DNA of 64,000 bases from Candidatus Ozemobacteraceae bacterium (GCA_965140445.1 OZ223236.1:2176001-2240000), one strand, 5' to 3'; shown: positions 29,870 through 39,573, numbered from the stretch's first letter. Notes: generated from the letters alone by a model not told the origin. Translations and numbers: made by a program.

Positions 29870-31042
29870 TTACTCCTTTATGAAAGTCAGGGCGACTACA
29901 TTGTTGCCGAAACCACCGAAGTTACAGGAGAATCCGACCTTGGCGTTTTTAACCTGTCGTTTTCCTGCTTCTCCACGAAGTTGTTGAACCAGCTCATGGG
30001 CTTGTCCAACCCCTGTTGCGCCAACTGGATGGCCTTTAGCTTTCAATCCACCAGAAGTATTAATTGGAAGCTTACCGCCTAATTTGGTATAACCCTTTTC
30101 TAGAGCGATGTGTCCTTCGCCTTTTTTGAAGAAGCCAACCTCTTCACTTTCAGCAATTTCCAAAATAGTAAAAGCGTCATGAAGCTCTGCAACGCTAACA
30201 TCTTTAGGTTTTACCTGAGCCATGTTGAAGCATTTCTTCGCTGCTTCCTTAACCGCTGTTAATTCTGTTGGATCTGGTCTTTCATGAACACAATGAGTGT
30301 CAGTTGCCTGACCTACGCCAGCAAGTCTAATCATTGGGCGTTTAACTTTTTTGGCAACTTCAGCAGTGGCAAGTATCAGACATGCTCCACCATCAGATAC
30401 CGGACACATGTCAAAGAATCTCAAAGGATCGGCAACAAATGGATTGTTCGTTGCTGCTTCTGGTCCGTCAAGGATACCTTCCATGGTAATTGGAGCATGT
30501 AAATGTGCAAAAGGATTCAACATAGCATTTTCATGGTTTTTAATTGCTACCATTGCCAGATGCCTAGAAGTAACTCCATATTTTTCCATATATAATCGGG
30601 TAAACATTCCCGCCAGAGATGGAAGAGTTACTCCATAAATCTGTTCCGCTAAAGGATGTGCCAGGGAGGCAACAAAGTCAGTAGCTTCCAGGTTATTTGT
30701 TTCGCGCATTCGTTCTGCGGCTGAAACCATTACCACATCATGCATTCCACTGGCAATAGCCATATACCCCTGTTTGATCGCAGAAGCGCCGGAAGCAGGT
30801 CCATTTTCAATTGTTTCCGCACCCGCAGGACAAAGACTTAAATGATCTACCAGCGCACTTCCAAGAGCTGTCTGTCTATTGATTCTTCCGCCACCCATAT
30901 TGGCAAAGTAAAGGTGATCAACTGAAGATAAGCCACAATCTTTCATTGCCTGTATGGCAGGGTAGGCTGCAATTTCGACTAAAGGAAATTCCAGACGGGA
31001 AAACTTTGTTATACCTATGCCAACGACATAAACATCTCTCAT
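29870..31042 (-). CDS. Thiolase-fold protein (SCP-x/archaeal AACT-like) lacking the N-terminal catalytic Cys
   Basis: VYVVGIGITKF, CPVSDGG, ELHDAF, NTSGGL, GHPVGATG; reads ENGPASG where ExACASG is canonical. Confidence 0.88.
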   Translation of the reverse strand: MRDVYVVGIGITKFSRLEFPLVEIAAYPAIQAMKDCGLSSVDHLYFANMGGGRINRQTALGSALVDHLSLCPAGAETIENGPASGASAIKQGYMAIASGMHDVVMVSAAERMRETNNLEATDFVASLAHPLAEQIYGVTLPSLAGMFTRLYMEKYGVTSRHLAMVAIKNHENAMLNPFAHLHAPITMEGILDGPEAATNNPFVADPLRFFDMCPVSDGGACLILATAEVAKKVKRPMIRLAGVGQATDTHCVHERPDPTELTAVKEAAKKCFNMAQVKPKDVSVAELHDAFTILEIAESEEVGFFKKGEGHIALEKGYTKLGGKLPINTSGGLKAKGHPVGATGVGQAHELVQQLRGEAGKRQVKNAKVGFSCNFGGFGNNVVALTFIKE

Positions 31043-31044
31043 GC

Positions 31045-31794
31045 TTATTTCCCTCCTTTAATCTTTTTTCTTGCACCCATTAAAGCAGAAGCTGTTGAAT
31101 CATAGGTTGCTCTTGTGGCAGCCAGGATATCTGCTGGTGGTTTGGGTGGATCAATTGGAGGCAAAATTTCTGCGCATGCTTTTTTGAGAAGTTTTGCAGG
31201 AACTGGTCTTCGACCTACTACAAGACTTTTGCGCGCTTTGTTGAATAGCTCTTTGGTGAGAGCATATGAAGGAGCGCCACCTAATTCATGAGCAATATTA
31301 AATCGTTTTTCTAACTTGTATTCGATCATCCATCTTCTGAATCCAATTGGGGACTCAGCAACAATTAGAACCTCTTTTTGACCAATTACGTCAAAGTGAT
31401 ATTCCATTTTGGCAGCGAAAGCGTGGGCCCCGATTCTCAGTCCTCTTTGCAAAGCTAAGGTGTGATATGAAACTCCGACCTCTGGATTTAAGAGCCTGCC
31501 GTTTACGATAGCTGCAAGGTGCCCATCAATTTGTGCCACCAGAACATATTCATCTTGTACTCTGTGTCTGTAATATCCCAGTAGTTCAGCATAAAGTCGC
31601 GCGGAAACTATGTCATAATAGTCTCTTTCTACTCCCATAAGTGGCGCGACATAAGGCAAAATCGTAGGAATATCTTCCCGTCCAATTTGTCTAATTACCA
31701 TTTCTTCGCCGCTTGCGAGTGTAACAAATTTGGGTTCAAATGGTGGAATTGGGTTGTCCACTGGCCTCAAAAGTTTTTCGAGATCAATTGCCAT
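31045..31794 (-). CDS. GNAT-like/N-acetyltransferase-like protein
   Basis: IRQIGREDIP start, VLVAQIDG, RGLRIG acetyl-CoA-loop-like motif; first gene of the thiolase operon with a GGAGG RBS. Confidence 0.55.
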   Translation of the reverse strand: MAIDLEKLLRPVDNPIPPFEPKFVTLASGEEMVIRQIGREDIPTILPYVAPLMGVERDYYDIVSARLYAELLGYYRHRVQDEYVLVAQIDGHLAAIVNGRLLNPEVGVSYHTLALQRGLRIGAHAFAAKMEYHFDVIGQKEVLIVAESPIGFRRWMIEYKLEKRFNIAHELGGAPSYALTKELFNKARKSLVVGRRPVPAKLLKKACAEILPPIDPPKPPADILAATRATYDSTASALMGARKKIKGGK

Positions 31795-31820
31795 GTGGGC
31801 ACCTCCTCTCATTAGATAAA

Positions 31821-31939
31821 TCCAAACCAGGTTTGGACTGCTGCATCTGTTTTCTTTAGCTACCTTTAAGCTTGCCTGCCCAAATAAAAATTGTCAATAC
31901 GGCTTTGAAAGAAAAAAACAGGTGCAAAATTTTTTGCAC
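31821..31939. promoter_or_regulatory. Divergent control region with a sigma70 -35 box and two palindromes
   Basis: Minus-strand TTGACA at 31892-31897; palindromes tccaaacc-a-ggtttgga (31821-31837) and gtgcaaaa-tt-ttttgcac (31922-31939). Confidence 0.5.
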
Positions 31940-31999
31940 TTATGGCCTTAATTTATATTTGTTATTATTTAGTTGAGAGTTAGAGAGCCGAAAAAAAAT

Positions 32000-34756
32000 A
32001 TGAATAAAAACTGGCTTGAAAAAAACACCGAAGGTGAATCCGGTGAACTGGTAGGTTGGGATCGAGCGAAAAGCTTTGTTAATGATTTACGAACAGAGCT
32101 ATCTTCGTTCCATCATTTAATTACGGATCTACTTTGTTCCTTCGAGATTGGCGATGATGGTAAAGTTCTTCCTGAATGGCACTATCATGGCGATAGCTTT
32201 TTAGGCTATTCTGATGATGAAATTAATGAATCAGAATGGATTTTACGAATAATTCACCCGGCAGATTTTCTTCGCCTCAGAAAAACCTTTAAGATGATTA
32301 TTGCAGGTTCTTCTGTTGTTTTTGAAGGAAAGTTTCAAGCAGCTTCTGGAGAATTTCATCTCCTTAGAGGCTATGGAAAGCCCCTTAAAGACCCGGTTAG
32401 TGGCATGGTCGCTGGTGGCGTCATTGGCTACACAGATATCACTGAAAGCCTTCAAAACCCCAATGGAAAAATAGCTGACAACATATTAAATACTGTCTTT
32501 GGGGCAAACATGGTGGTTTCTCCTACAGGCAAAATCATAGAAACTACCAGAGAAGCGGCATCGCTTTTTGGTGCCACTTCTGCAGAAACCATGAAAGATT
32601 TATCTCTGTTCTCCCTTATTGACCCGTCACTTGGGGAGCGTCTTAAAGTTTTGTTGGCCTGTAACATCTCGGAAAAGGCCGAAATAGCTATTGATTTGAC
32701 TTCTGGTCGTCAGCGCTGGCTTTCAATTAGTATTTTGCCAATTGAAAAGGGAGATGAGGGCGAGAATAACAAGTTCTTAATTTTTAAGGATATTACTGAA
32801 GAACGTGAAAACCTGAAAATGATTCAGGAATCTGAAGCCAAATTCAGAGCGCTTGCCGAACATTCTCCCGGCGTAATTTTTATCCGGTTAAATGGTCAGA
32901 CAATCTACGTAAATGAAAAATGTGAGCATGTTTTGGGCTATCCCAGAGAAATGGTTTATCGCTCGGATTTTAGAATCTCTAAACTTTTGGACCTGGATAA
33001 TGCTGAAGGCAAAATTGCAGAATTAGAGAGAACTCTTATCGAAATTGGTCATGCACAGGCCGAACTGCCAATGATCAAGGGAAATGGGGAAAAAATTGAT
33101 TGTCTCGTTTCTCTCCAGCATATGGATTTTAAAGGTCAAAGAGGAACTCTTGGTGTTATTACCGACATCAGCGAAGTAAAAAAAGCTCGCCAGGCGGTTT
33201 TAGAGCATAAAAAAAGATATTGGACCCTTTTCGATCTTTCTTCCGATGCCATATTTATTGAGACCCTTGATGGAGTAATTCTCGACTGCAATACTACGGC
33301 TGAAAATCTTTATGGATATACTAGAGAAGAACTTCTTGGAATGAATGCCAAAGACCTTGTGCCAGGCAGCTTTCATGCCTCGCTTGAGACAATTAATAAA
33401 GAAATTTCTTCAAAATCAGAGAATGAGGTTCGTTACCTTGTCGAATCGACAGGGGTTCGCAAAGATAAAACCATCTTTCAAACAGAAGTAGCAATAGTAT
33501 CAGCCGAAATTTCTGGCGAACAATGTTTTGTGGTAAATTGTCGCGATATTACTCGCCGTAAAGAAAACGAAGAAGCGAGACAACGCTATGAAAGCCAGAT
33601 TGATCAGCTTCAAAAACTAGAAAGTCTTGGTTTAATGGCTTCTGGCCTGGCAAACGATTTTAATAATTTGTTAACAGGCATAATGGGATATTCAGATCTA
33701 TTACAAAGGGATCTTCCAGAAGGATCGCCTGCAAGAGAAAAATCTCGAAAGATTATAGAAGCATCCAGAAAAGCAGGGGAAATTATACAGCAAATGCTCG
33801 CTTTTGCGGGCAATAGTGCGGGTAAATATCAACCAATAATTCTAAGCGATTTGATGAATGACATGCACTTGCTTGTTAAAGCTTCTTTGAATAAAAAATG
33901 CTCAATTGAGTTTGATTGTGCTCCAGACATTTTACCTATTAATCTGGACCCAGTTCAGATTCGCCAGGCGGTTGTCGCACTGGTCTCAAATGCTTGTGAT
34001 GCAAGCATAGAAGGAAATGGCAACATTGTCCTGAAAGTCAGCAATGGTAACAAGTCTTACAATGGAAATGAACCTGGTTACTTCGGGGTGCCCGTTGTAG
34101 CCGGCAAGCACGTGCGTTTAGAAATAAAAGATAATGGTTGTGGCATTCACCCTGAAGATTTAAAAAGAATTTTTGATCCATTTTACTCAACCAAGTTCTC
34201 TGGTCGTGGACTCGGTTTGACATCAATTCTTGGAGTTATTCGCAATCATTGCGGAGCAATTTATGTAGAAACCATACCAGGCGAGGGAAGCAGTTTTTCA
34301 ATCCTTCTGCCTGTAGATCAGAAAGAAAACTTAAGCGGGCCTATTAGCCTGGTTAATTACCGAGAGGCAAAGTATTCAGCTGGAACCGCATTAGTTGTTG
34401 ATGATGAAGAAAATGTCAGAGAAGTTTTAACAGCCCTCTTAGAGAAGCTTGGTTTTCGGGTATTAACCGCTGAAAACGGTAAAAAAGGACTAGAGGTATT
34501 TAAGCGCGAAGCCAAAAATATTCGTGTTGTCTTACTTGATATATCAATGCCGGAAATGAATGGGCTTGAAATGCTTAAACAACTTCGTTGGCTTAATCCG
34601 TATATTCCTGTTCTTATCTGCACTGGCTTAAACATAGAAGATAAAAAAGAATACGAAGATCTCGGCGTTGCTGGAATTGTGGAAAAACCATTTGAATTAC
34701 AGGAACTTGAAAAGTCCATTTTAAAGGCTCAACTAAAATATAGCTCCGCAGGCTAG
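32000..34756 (+). CDS. Multi-PAS hybrid sensor kinase/receiver with the H-box His replaced by Asn
   Basis: About four PAS domains; H-box reads GLANDFNNLL; N box SNACDA, DNGCG, FDPFYSTK, GRGLGL; receiver VVDDE...LLDISMP...KPF. Confidence 0.9.
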   Translation: MNKNWLEKNTEGESGELVGWDRAKSFVNDLRTELSSFHHLITDLLCSFEIGDDGKVLPEWHYHGDSFLGYSDDEINESEWILRIIHPADFLRLRKTFKMIIAGSSVVFEGKFQAASGEFHLLRGYGKPLKDPVSGMVAGGVIGYTDITESLQNPNGKIADNILNTVFGANMVVSPTGKIIETTREAASLFGATSAETMKDLSLFSLIDPSLGERLKVLLACNISEKAEIAIDLTSGRQRWLSISILPIEKGDEGENNKFLIFKDITEERENLKMIQESEAKFRALAEHSPGVIFIRLNGQTIYVNEKCEHVLGYPREMVYRSDFRISKLLDLDNAEGKIAELERTLIEIGHAQAELPMIKGNGEKIDCLVSLQHMDFKGQRGTLGVITDISEVKKARQAVLEHKKRYWTLFDLSSDAIFIETLDGVILDCNTTAENLYGYTREELLGMNAKDLVPGSFHASLETINKEISSKSENEVRYLVESTGVRKDKTIFQTEVAIVSAEISGEQCFVVNCRDITRRKENEEARQRYESQIDQLQKLESLGLMASGLANDFNNLLTGIMGYSDLLQRDLPEGSPAREKSRKIIEASRKAGEIIQQMLAFAGNSAGKYQPIILSDLMNDMHLLVKASLNKKCSIEFDCAPDILPINLDPVQIRQAVVALVSNACDASIEGNGNIVLKVSNGNKSYNGNEPGYFGVPVVAGKHVRLEIKDNGCGIHPEDLKRIFDPFYSTKFSGRGLGLTSILGVIRNHCGAIYVETIPGEGSSFSILLPVDQKENLSGPISLVNYREAKYSAGTALVVDDEENVREVLTALLEKLGFRVLTAENGKKGLEVFKREAKNIRVVLLDISMPEMNGLEMLKQLRWLNPYIPVLICTGLNIEDKKEYEDLGVAGIVEKPFELQELEKSILKAQLKYSSAG

Positions 34757-34815
34757 TCTGAAGGTCAGCTCCACGCGGTTGCAGAAAACTCCGGCCAGCA
34801 TAATTGAACTAAAAC

Positions 34816-34848
34816 AAAAAACTCCCGAAATTAATCGGGAGTTTTTTT
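34816..34848. terminator. Bidirectional terminator between the kinase and cyclase genes
   Basis: aaaaaactcccga/tcgggagttttttt between convergent genes. Confidence 0.8.
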
Positions 34849-34875
34849 ATAATCGAAAGTTTCGTTAGCTAGCTT

Positions 34876-35667
34876 TTATGGCTCAAATTCAAAAGCAACG
34901 ATTCTGCTTATGCATGATTCAAGCTCAATTGCTCTCCAAGGGAACAATCCAATCCAGGTTCTCTTATTATTGAGTTTTTCAATTTCTCCGCCGATGTTTT
35001 CAGCATGAACGATTCCTGCTGGGAACATCTTAAGATGCATTACCTGGTAGTATTCTTCCAATGGGAAGTATTCATCCCATTTCTGGCCATGAGTTTCCAG
35101 TAATTTGGCTTCAGCTTTGGCGAATTCTTTTGGATGCCAATCGCGAAGGATTGTATTCATTGGATGATCTGCAGAACCGCAGTCAACGCCGATCCATTTG
35201 AATTCCATTTCAAGTGCCCATTTGTGGAAATCAGCATTTGGGCCAGGATGTTTTACCATATATCTGACTTCGTCAGCTTTTGGCTGATCCCAGCTATATT
35301 TGTGGTAGCCAGTGTTGATGATAAGAATATCGCCTTTTTTGATATCGGCTTTTTTCATGAGCATTTCAGGAGAATAAAGTGAGTAATCACTTACTTCATC
35401 AGAAATGTCTACAACAACGCCATCGCCACACCATTCTTCAAGTGGAACTTCACCGATTGTTCTACCGTTTGCACAGAAATGGATTTCGCCATCAATGTGT
35501 GTTCCAACGTGGTTACTGGTTTTTATGATCTGGCCATTCGCACCCTGTCCCATATGAGCGCCGGCTAATCTTTTAAAATACTGCACCTGAAGGGGCATAT
35601 AGCTTGGCCATGGTGGGGTGTGAATACTAAGTCTCTGTGTTAAGTCATACATTTTTACTTTTGTCAT
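34876..35667 (-). CDS. Cyclase family metal-dependent hydrolase (kynurenine formamidase/KynB-like)
   Basis: HVGTHIDG (HxGTHxD), GDILIINTG, GVDCGSAD, HAENIG; start MTKVK after AGGAG. Confidence 0.88.
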   Translation of the reverse strand: MTKVKMYDLTQRLSIHTPPWPSYMPLQVQYFKRLAGAHMGQGANGQIIKTSNHVGTHIDGEIHFCANGRTIGEVPLEEWCGDGVVVDISDEVSDYSLYSPEMLMKKADIKKGDILIINTGYHKYSWDQPKADEVRYMVKHPGPNADFHKWALEMEFKWIGVDCGSADHPMNTILRDWHPKEFAKAEAKLLETHGQKWDEYFPLEEYYQVMHLKMFPAGIVHAENIGGEIEKLNNKRTWIGLFPWRAIELESCISRIVAFEFEP

Positions 35668-35698
35668 AGTTGTGACTCCTTTACGTATTTCTTCTATA

Positions 35699-36952
35699 TT
35701 ACTCGTCTTTGCAATAGGTTTCAACATAAGCTTCAAGAGCATCCTCAAAGCACTTCATTGGCGGATTTACCAATCCAGCGCCAACCTGACCTACGCCAGG
35801 TTCTTTATGAGCGATACCGGTGTTAATTTGAGGTGCGATATTTTTCTCGCACACCTTGAGAAGGTTAATTCCAATTGGAGAGCCTCTGAAATCAAGTGGT
35901 GGAATCTGGAATGATTGAGATTCACCATCAGTAATTTCATACATTTTCTGAGTGAAATTCATTGCATCAGCAACGCTTCCGCCAACAAATTTTACAATAG
36001 CTGGAGCGGCTGCCATTGAGAAACCGCCTAGTCCACAGGTTTCTGTGATAGCGCTGTCGCCGATGTCAGGGTTACAATCTTCTTCTGTGAATCCAGGAAA
36101 TAGTAACCCTTTAACAATAAGTGCTGGTCCGGTAAACCATTTGTCTTTCAGTCCAGCAACTCTGATTCCGAATTCTGTGCCGTTTCTTGCCATTGTGGTT
36201 ACAATGGTTGAACCTTCGATCCACTCGGCAGCCTGAAGCATTGCTTTACATGCTGGCATACTCAAATTCAAAAAGAAATGGTCATTTGAATGCATGAACG
36301 AAAGAACTCTTTCTTTATCAGCAGCAGGTGAATCAGATTTGGCAATGGCTGGAGCCAATTCTCTGATAAGCAAAGAAGTGGCGGCCTTGTTGCGGTTGTG
36401 AACTTCATCGCCCATTTGAAGAGCCTGAGCGATCATGTTTTTAAGATTGATTTCTGGTGTTTCTTTCAAAGCTTCTTTGAGAATTGGTGCCAGAGTTTTT
36501 TCAATCCATTTCAAGCGGGTGATAACTTCTTCTGAAAACGCGCCATAACGAAGAACTTTTCCAAGGCCTTCATTAAGTGTGCAGAAAGTTTTTCTACCGT
36601 TAGTTTTGTTCTCTACAATCCAGACTGGCATGCTGGCTGAGGCAACGCCGGCCATCGGGCCAACACCGTCATGTTCATGCCACGGAGCATATTCTATGTC
36701 TCCGCTTGCACCGAGTTTTTCGGCTTCCTGTTGGTTTGCAGCCAGTCCTTCATAAATGAGAGCGCCAATTACTGCACCCTTCATTGGGCCTGACATATTT
36801 TCCCATTTAAGCGGAGGTCCGGCGTGGAGGATCAAATTCTTTTTCATGCCAGGAACAACATCAATAGCTGTTCCAATGCCTTTTACTATTGGTTGTGCAG
36901 CTTGAATTGCTTCAATTGCTTTTGCATTGGCTTTTTGAATATCTATAGTCAT
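35699..36952 (-). CDS. DUF1116 / YlbE-like protein
   Basis: LHAGPP, VGPMAG, NEGLGKVLRYGA, MGDEVHNRN, DHFFLN, DIGDSAITE, INTGIAH, GQVGAG; the ATG overlaps the upstream stop (TAATG). Confidence 0.92.
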   Translation of the reverse strand: MTIDIQKANAKAIEAIQAAQPIVKGIGTAIDVVPGMKKNLILHAGPPLKWENMSGPMKGAVIGALIYEGLAANQQEAEKLGASGDIEYAPWHEHDGVGPMAGVASASMPVWIVENKTNGRKTFCTLNEGLGKVLRYGAFSEEVITRLKWIEKTLAPILKEALKETPEINLKNMIAQALQMGDEVHNRNKAATSLLIRELAPAIAKSDSPAADKERVLSFMHSNDHFFLNLSMPACKAMLQAAEWIEGSTIVTTMARNGTEFGIRVAGLKDKWFTGPALIVKGLLFPGFTEEDCNPDIGDSAITETCGLGGFSMAAAPAIVKFVGGSVADAMNFTQKMYEITDGESQSFQIPPLDFRGSPIGINLLKVCEKNIAPQINTGIAHKEPGVGQVGAGLVNPPMKCFEDALEAYVETYCKDE

Positions 36953-37155
36953 TATTTTTCCTCCTTTGGGAGTTTGCTCTGCCATCGGTAGATTTTTTCA
37001 AGAAGCGCTTGAATCTTCTTGTTTCCACCTGCTGGAGGACGCCATTCTACGTGAACCACATCGATGTTCTGGTGTTTGAGGTCATCAGCAAAACTTGGGA
37101 TTCCGAGATTAATAACACTTACTTTTTTACCGAAAAAATCGTTTAACTTTGCCAT
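36952..37155 (-). CDS. Small FdrA-associated protein
   Basis: VINLGIPSFADDL...VVHVEWRPPAGGN, the short ORF typically found between fdrA and DUF1116. Confidence 0.8.
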   Translation of the reverse strand: MAKLNDFFGKKVSVINLGIPSFADDLKHQNIDVVHVEWRPPAGGNKKIQALLEKIYRWQSKLPKEEK

Positions 37156-37158
37156 GTC

Positions 37159-38688
37159 TTAACCTCTCCCTTCTACGCATTTTTTTACAAAGTTGGCTAG
37201 TGATACGTTTGTTGGGAAAACCATAACGCCAGCTTTTTCAAGAATTTCTTTCTGGCTGCTGTAGCCTTGTGGGTCGTCTTGAGTTCCGCAGATACATGCT
37301 GCATAAACTGGTTTTCGCTTGGTTTTAACGTCTGCCTGAGATATGGCATACATCATTTGAGAAGCCATATCCATGTTTGCGCCATAGCCCAATACCACGT
37401 CAAAGAAGATCAGTCCAACATCTGGATCGGCAGCTTCCTGAACCAATCTTTCGATTCTGTAGTCTGGATCAATCATTGGATGAGCGCGGCCACGGGTAAA
37501 CTGGTCATCACCAAGATCAACTATGGTGTTGCCAACGCTTTTGTATGCATCATCAAGCTTCTTGCAGCCTTTTACTGGAGTATTGGAATAGATCTCGCCT
37601 AATGCTGGCATTAATACTCTCTGGGCTTCATCGCAAAGTGTTCCACCAGAGAAAAGGCCGCGAACCATTTTTCCAGGCATTTTTGCGTGTTTTGCCATGT
37701 CAGCGCAGAGGCTTTCGGCAAATTCTGGCTCAATATTCTGGCCTTTGGCTCTTTCAACCGCTTTTATTGCCGCATCTTCAAGATTTTTCGCAGCTACAAA
37801 ACCGTGTTTTTCAATTTCCTTTGGATCGGCACCAATAAAATAAATGATGATATTGCTGCTGATACCGGTAATTTCATTATAGAGTTTTTCAAGAACCGAT
37901 TCTGCCGGTGGCTTGGAAAGAAGAACGATAACCTTGGTGTCAGGGTCTTCTGCAAGTGCTTTTGTAGCCATGATAGTCATCAATCCACCGATTTTTTCGG
38001 ATAGATCACGACCGCCAACACCGATTGCCTGGCTGATTCCGCCGCCAAGTCGATGAATTGTGCTGCTAACTTCCTGCAAACCAGTTCCAGAAGCAGCTAC
38101 AATGCCGATGTTTCCTTTGCGCACCACATTGGAAAATGCGAGAGGGGTGTTATTTATAATGGCGGTTCCACAGTCTGGACCCATTACTAACAGGCCTTTT
38201 TCAACGCCCTTCTGTTTGAGTTTCAATTCTTCTTCGATGGTGACATTGTCTGAGAAAAGCATTACATGCATGTTGTTGTCCAATGCTTTTTCCGCTTCTC
38301 TTGCTGCATATTCACCAGGAATCGATATTTGAACAACATTTGCTTCCGGAAGCTTTTCAAGGGCGCCTTCCATGTTTACTGGTGCCATTTCCGCAGTGGC
38401 CCCTGAAGCTTTCTTCTTGCTGGTGAGCAATCTTTCAGCTTCATCAAGTCCCATCTGGGCGTTAGCTACGTCGCTTCCACGAACACACAAAACCAGGTCG
38501 TTTGGAGTTAAATCCTTGAATTCTGGCAAAAACATATCCAGTCTTTTGAGACTATCCATGTTGTAGTCTGTTCCCATTCCCACGACAACGTTGTCGATTC
38601 CGTCCAGTTTCTTTACCTGAGTTCCAATTAACATCAGGGTAACAGAGTCAAAATATGTCTGTTTCTTGATCAGGTGGCGTATTACCAT
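37159..38688 (-). CDS. fdrA: FdrA-family acyl-CoA synthetase-like protein (succinyl-CoA ligase alpha-like)
   Basis: YFDSVTLM, FSDNV, MGPDCGT, ASGTGLQEV, GGRDLS, GLFSGGTLC, DLGDD, GRAHPMIDP, DVVLGYG. Confidence 0.93.
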   Translation of the reverse strand: MVIRHLIKKQTYFDSVTLMLIGTQVKKLDGIDNVVVGMGTDYNMDSLKRLDMFLPEFKDLTPNDLVLCVRGSDVANAQMGLDEAERLLTSKKKASGATAEMAPVNMEGALEKLPEANVVQISIPGEYAAREAEKALDNNMHVMLFSDNVTIEEELKLKQKGVEKGLLVMGPDCGTAIINNTPLAFSNVVRKGNIGIVAASGTGLQEVSSTIHRLGGGISQAIGVGGRDLSEKIGGLMTIMATKALAEDPDTKVIVLLSKPPAESVLEKLYNEITGISSNIIIYFIGADPKEIEKHGFVAAKNLEDAAIKAVERAKGQNIEPEFAESLCADMAKHAKMPGKMVRGLFSGGTLCDEAQRVLMPALGEIYSNTPVKGCKKLDDAYKSVGNTIVDLGDDQFTRGRAHPMIDPDYRIERLVQEAADPDVGLIFFDVVLGYGANMDMASQMMYAISQADVKTKRKPVYAACICGTQDDPQGYSSQKEILEKAGVMVFPTNVSLANFVKKCVEGRG

Positions 38689-38938
38689 TCCTATTCCTGG
38701 CTCCTTTTCTGTATCTATTTGGCAATAAAAAAGCCATGTCTATTGCTATAAAGAAAATAATAGAACTTTCTCCCCAGCTTGTAAACTTTAGTTCCACCAT
38801 TTTTAAAATGTTTCTTATAATTGGGTGTTAAATGTAAAATACGATTTAGAATTCTTTGATTCGGGGAAAGGTTGCTGCGTATAATTCAGCATCATCAATG
38901 TTTTGATTTCCAAAAGATACTTTGAGAAGGAAGTTTGT

Positions 38939-39565
38939 ATGAAAAGCTTTTATCGTTTTTTGCTTATCTGTGTTTTCCTTATTCCAGCATCTCTAATGGC
39001 TGAAGAACCCATGAAACTACGGGTAGAAAGGCTATCCAGTTATAGTCCAAATAAAGGCTGGTATGTGGGGGAGGCGTTGGTTGAAAAGCAGGGAACTGAG
39101 GGAAAATTGCGATTTTTGATCGGAACAGAAACCGACGTAGTAGATCATTATAACGCTGATTTGACCGCCAATTCAAAGTTTCAGTCATTGGTTTACACCA
39201 TGCAGAATGTGCCGCAAATTTATGTTTTACACGGTTTCAGCGGAAGCGGAGCGGACGATGTCAGAGGCATGAAAATTTCAAAAGCGGTTATGGAAAGAGT
39301 AGGGGAGGAAAACCAGATAAACATTGAGGTTGAAATTCCCCAGGTTGCCTATAGTCCTTTTGGTGAGAGAATTGGAACCTGCGATGTTTCCTATATGAAT
39401 TATCGGGTTTTTCTTGACGAACTACCGGCTGGAACCTACAAGGTTAACTGTGTTAGAAAAACGGTCCATATAGAACGTGTGGCTGGAAGAATGAAATCCG
39501 AAGCAGACAAGATTACTAAAACTGATATTGAGCAGCTTAAAACCTTCCAACTCCAACTTAATTGA
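38939..39565 (+). CDS. Exported hypothetical protein
   Basis: Signal peptide MKSFYRFLLICVFLIPASLMA; no recognised motif. Confidence 0.65.
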   Translation: MKSFYRFLLICVFLIPASLMAEEPMKLRVERLSSYSPNKGWYVGEALVEKQGTEGKLRFLIGTETDVVDHYNADLTANSKFQSLVYTMQNVPQIYVLHGFSGSGADDVRGMKISKAVMERVGEENQINIEVEIPQVAYSPFGERIGTCDVSYMNYRVFLDELPAGTYKVNCVRKTVHIERVAGRMKSEADKITKTDIEQLKTFQLQLN

Positions 39566-39573
39566 GAAAAATA

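Noticed and set aside
36952..36985. Possible programmed frameshift fusing the small FdrA-associated ORF to DUF1116
   Set aside because: A TAATG stop/start overlap with an AGGAGG RBS explains it as ordinary translational coupling.
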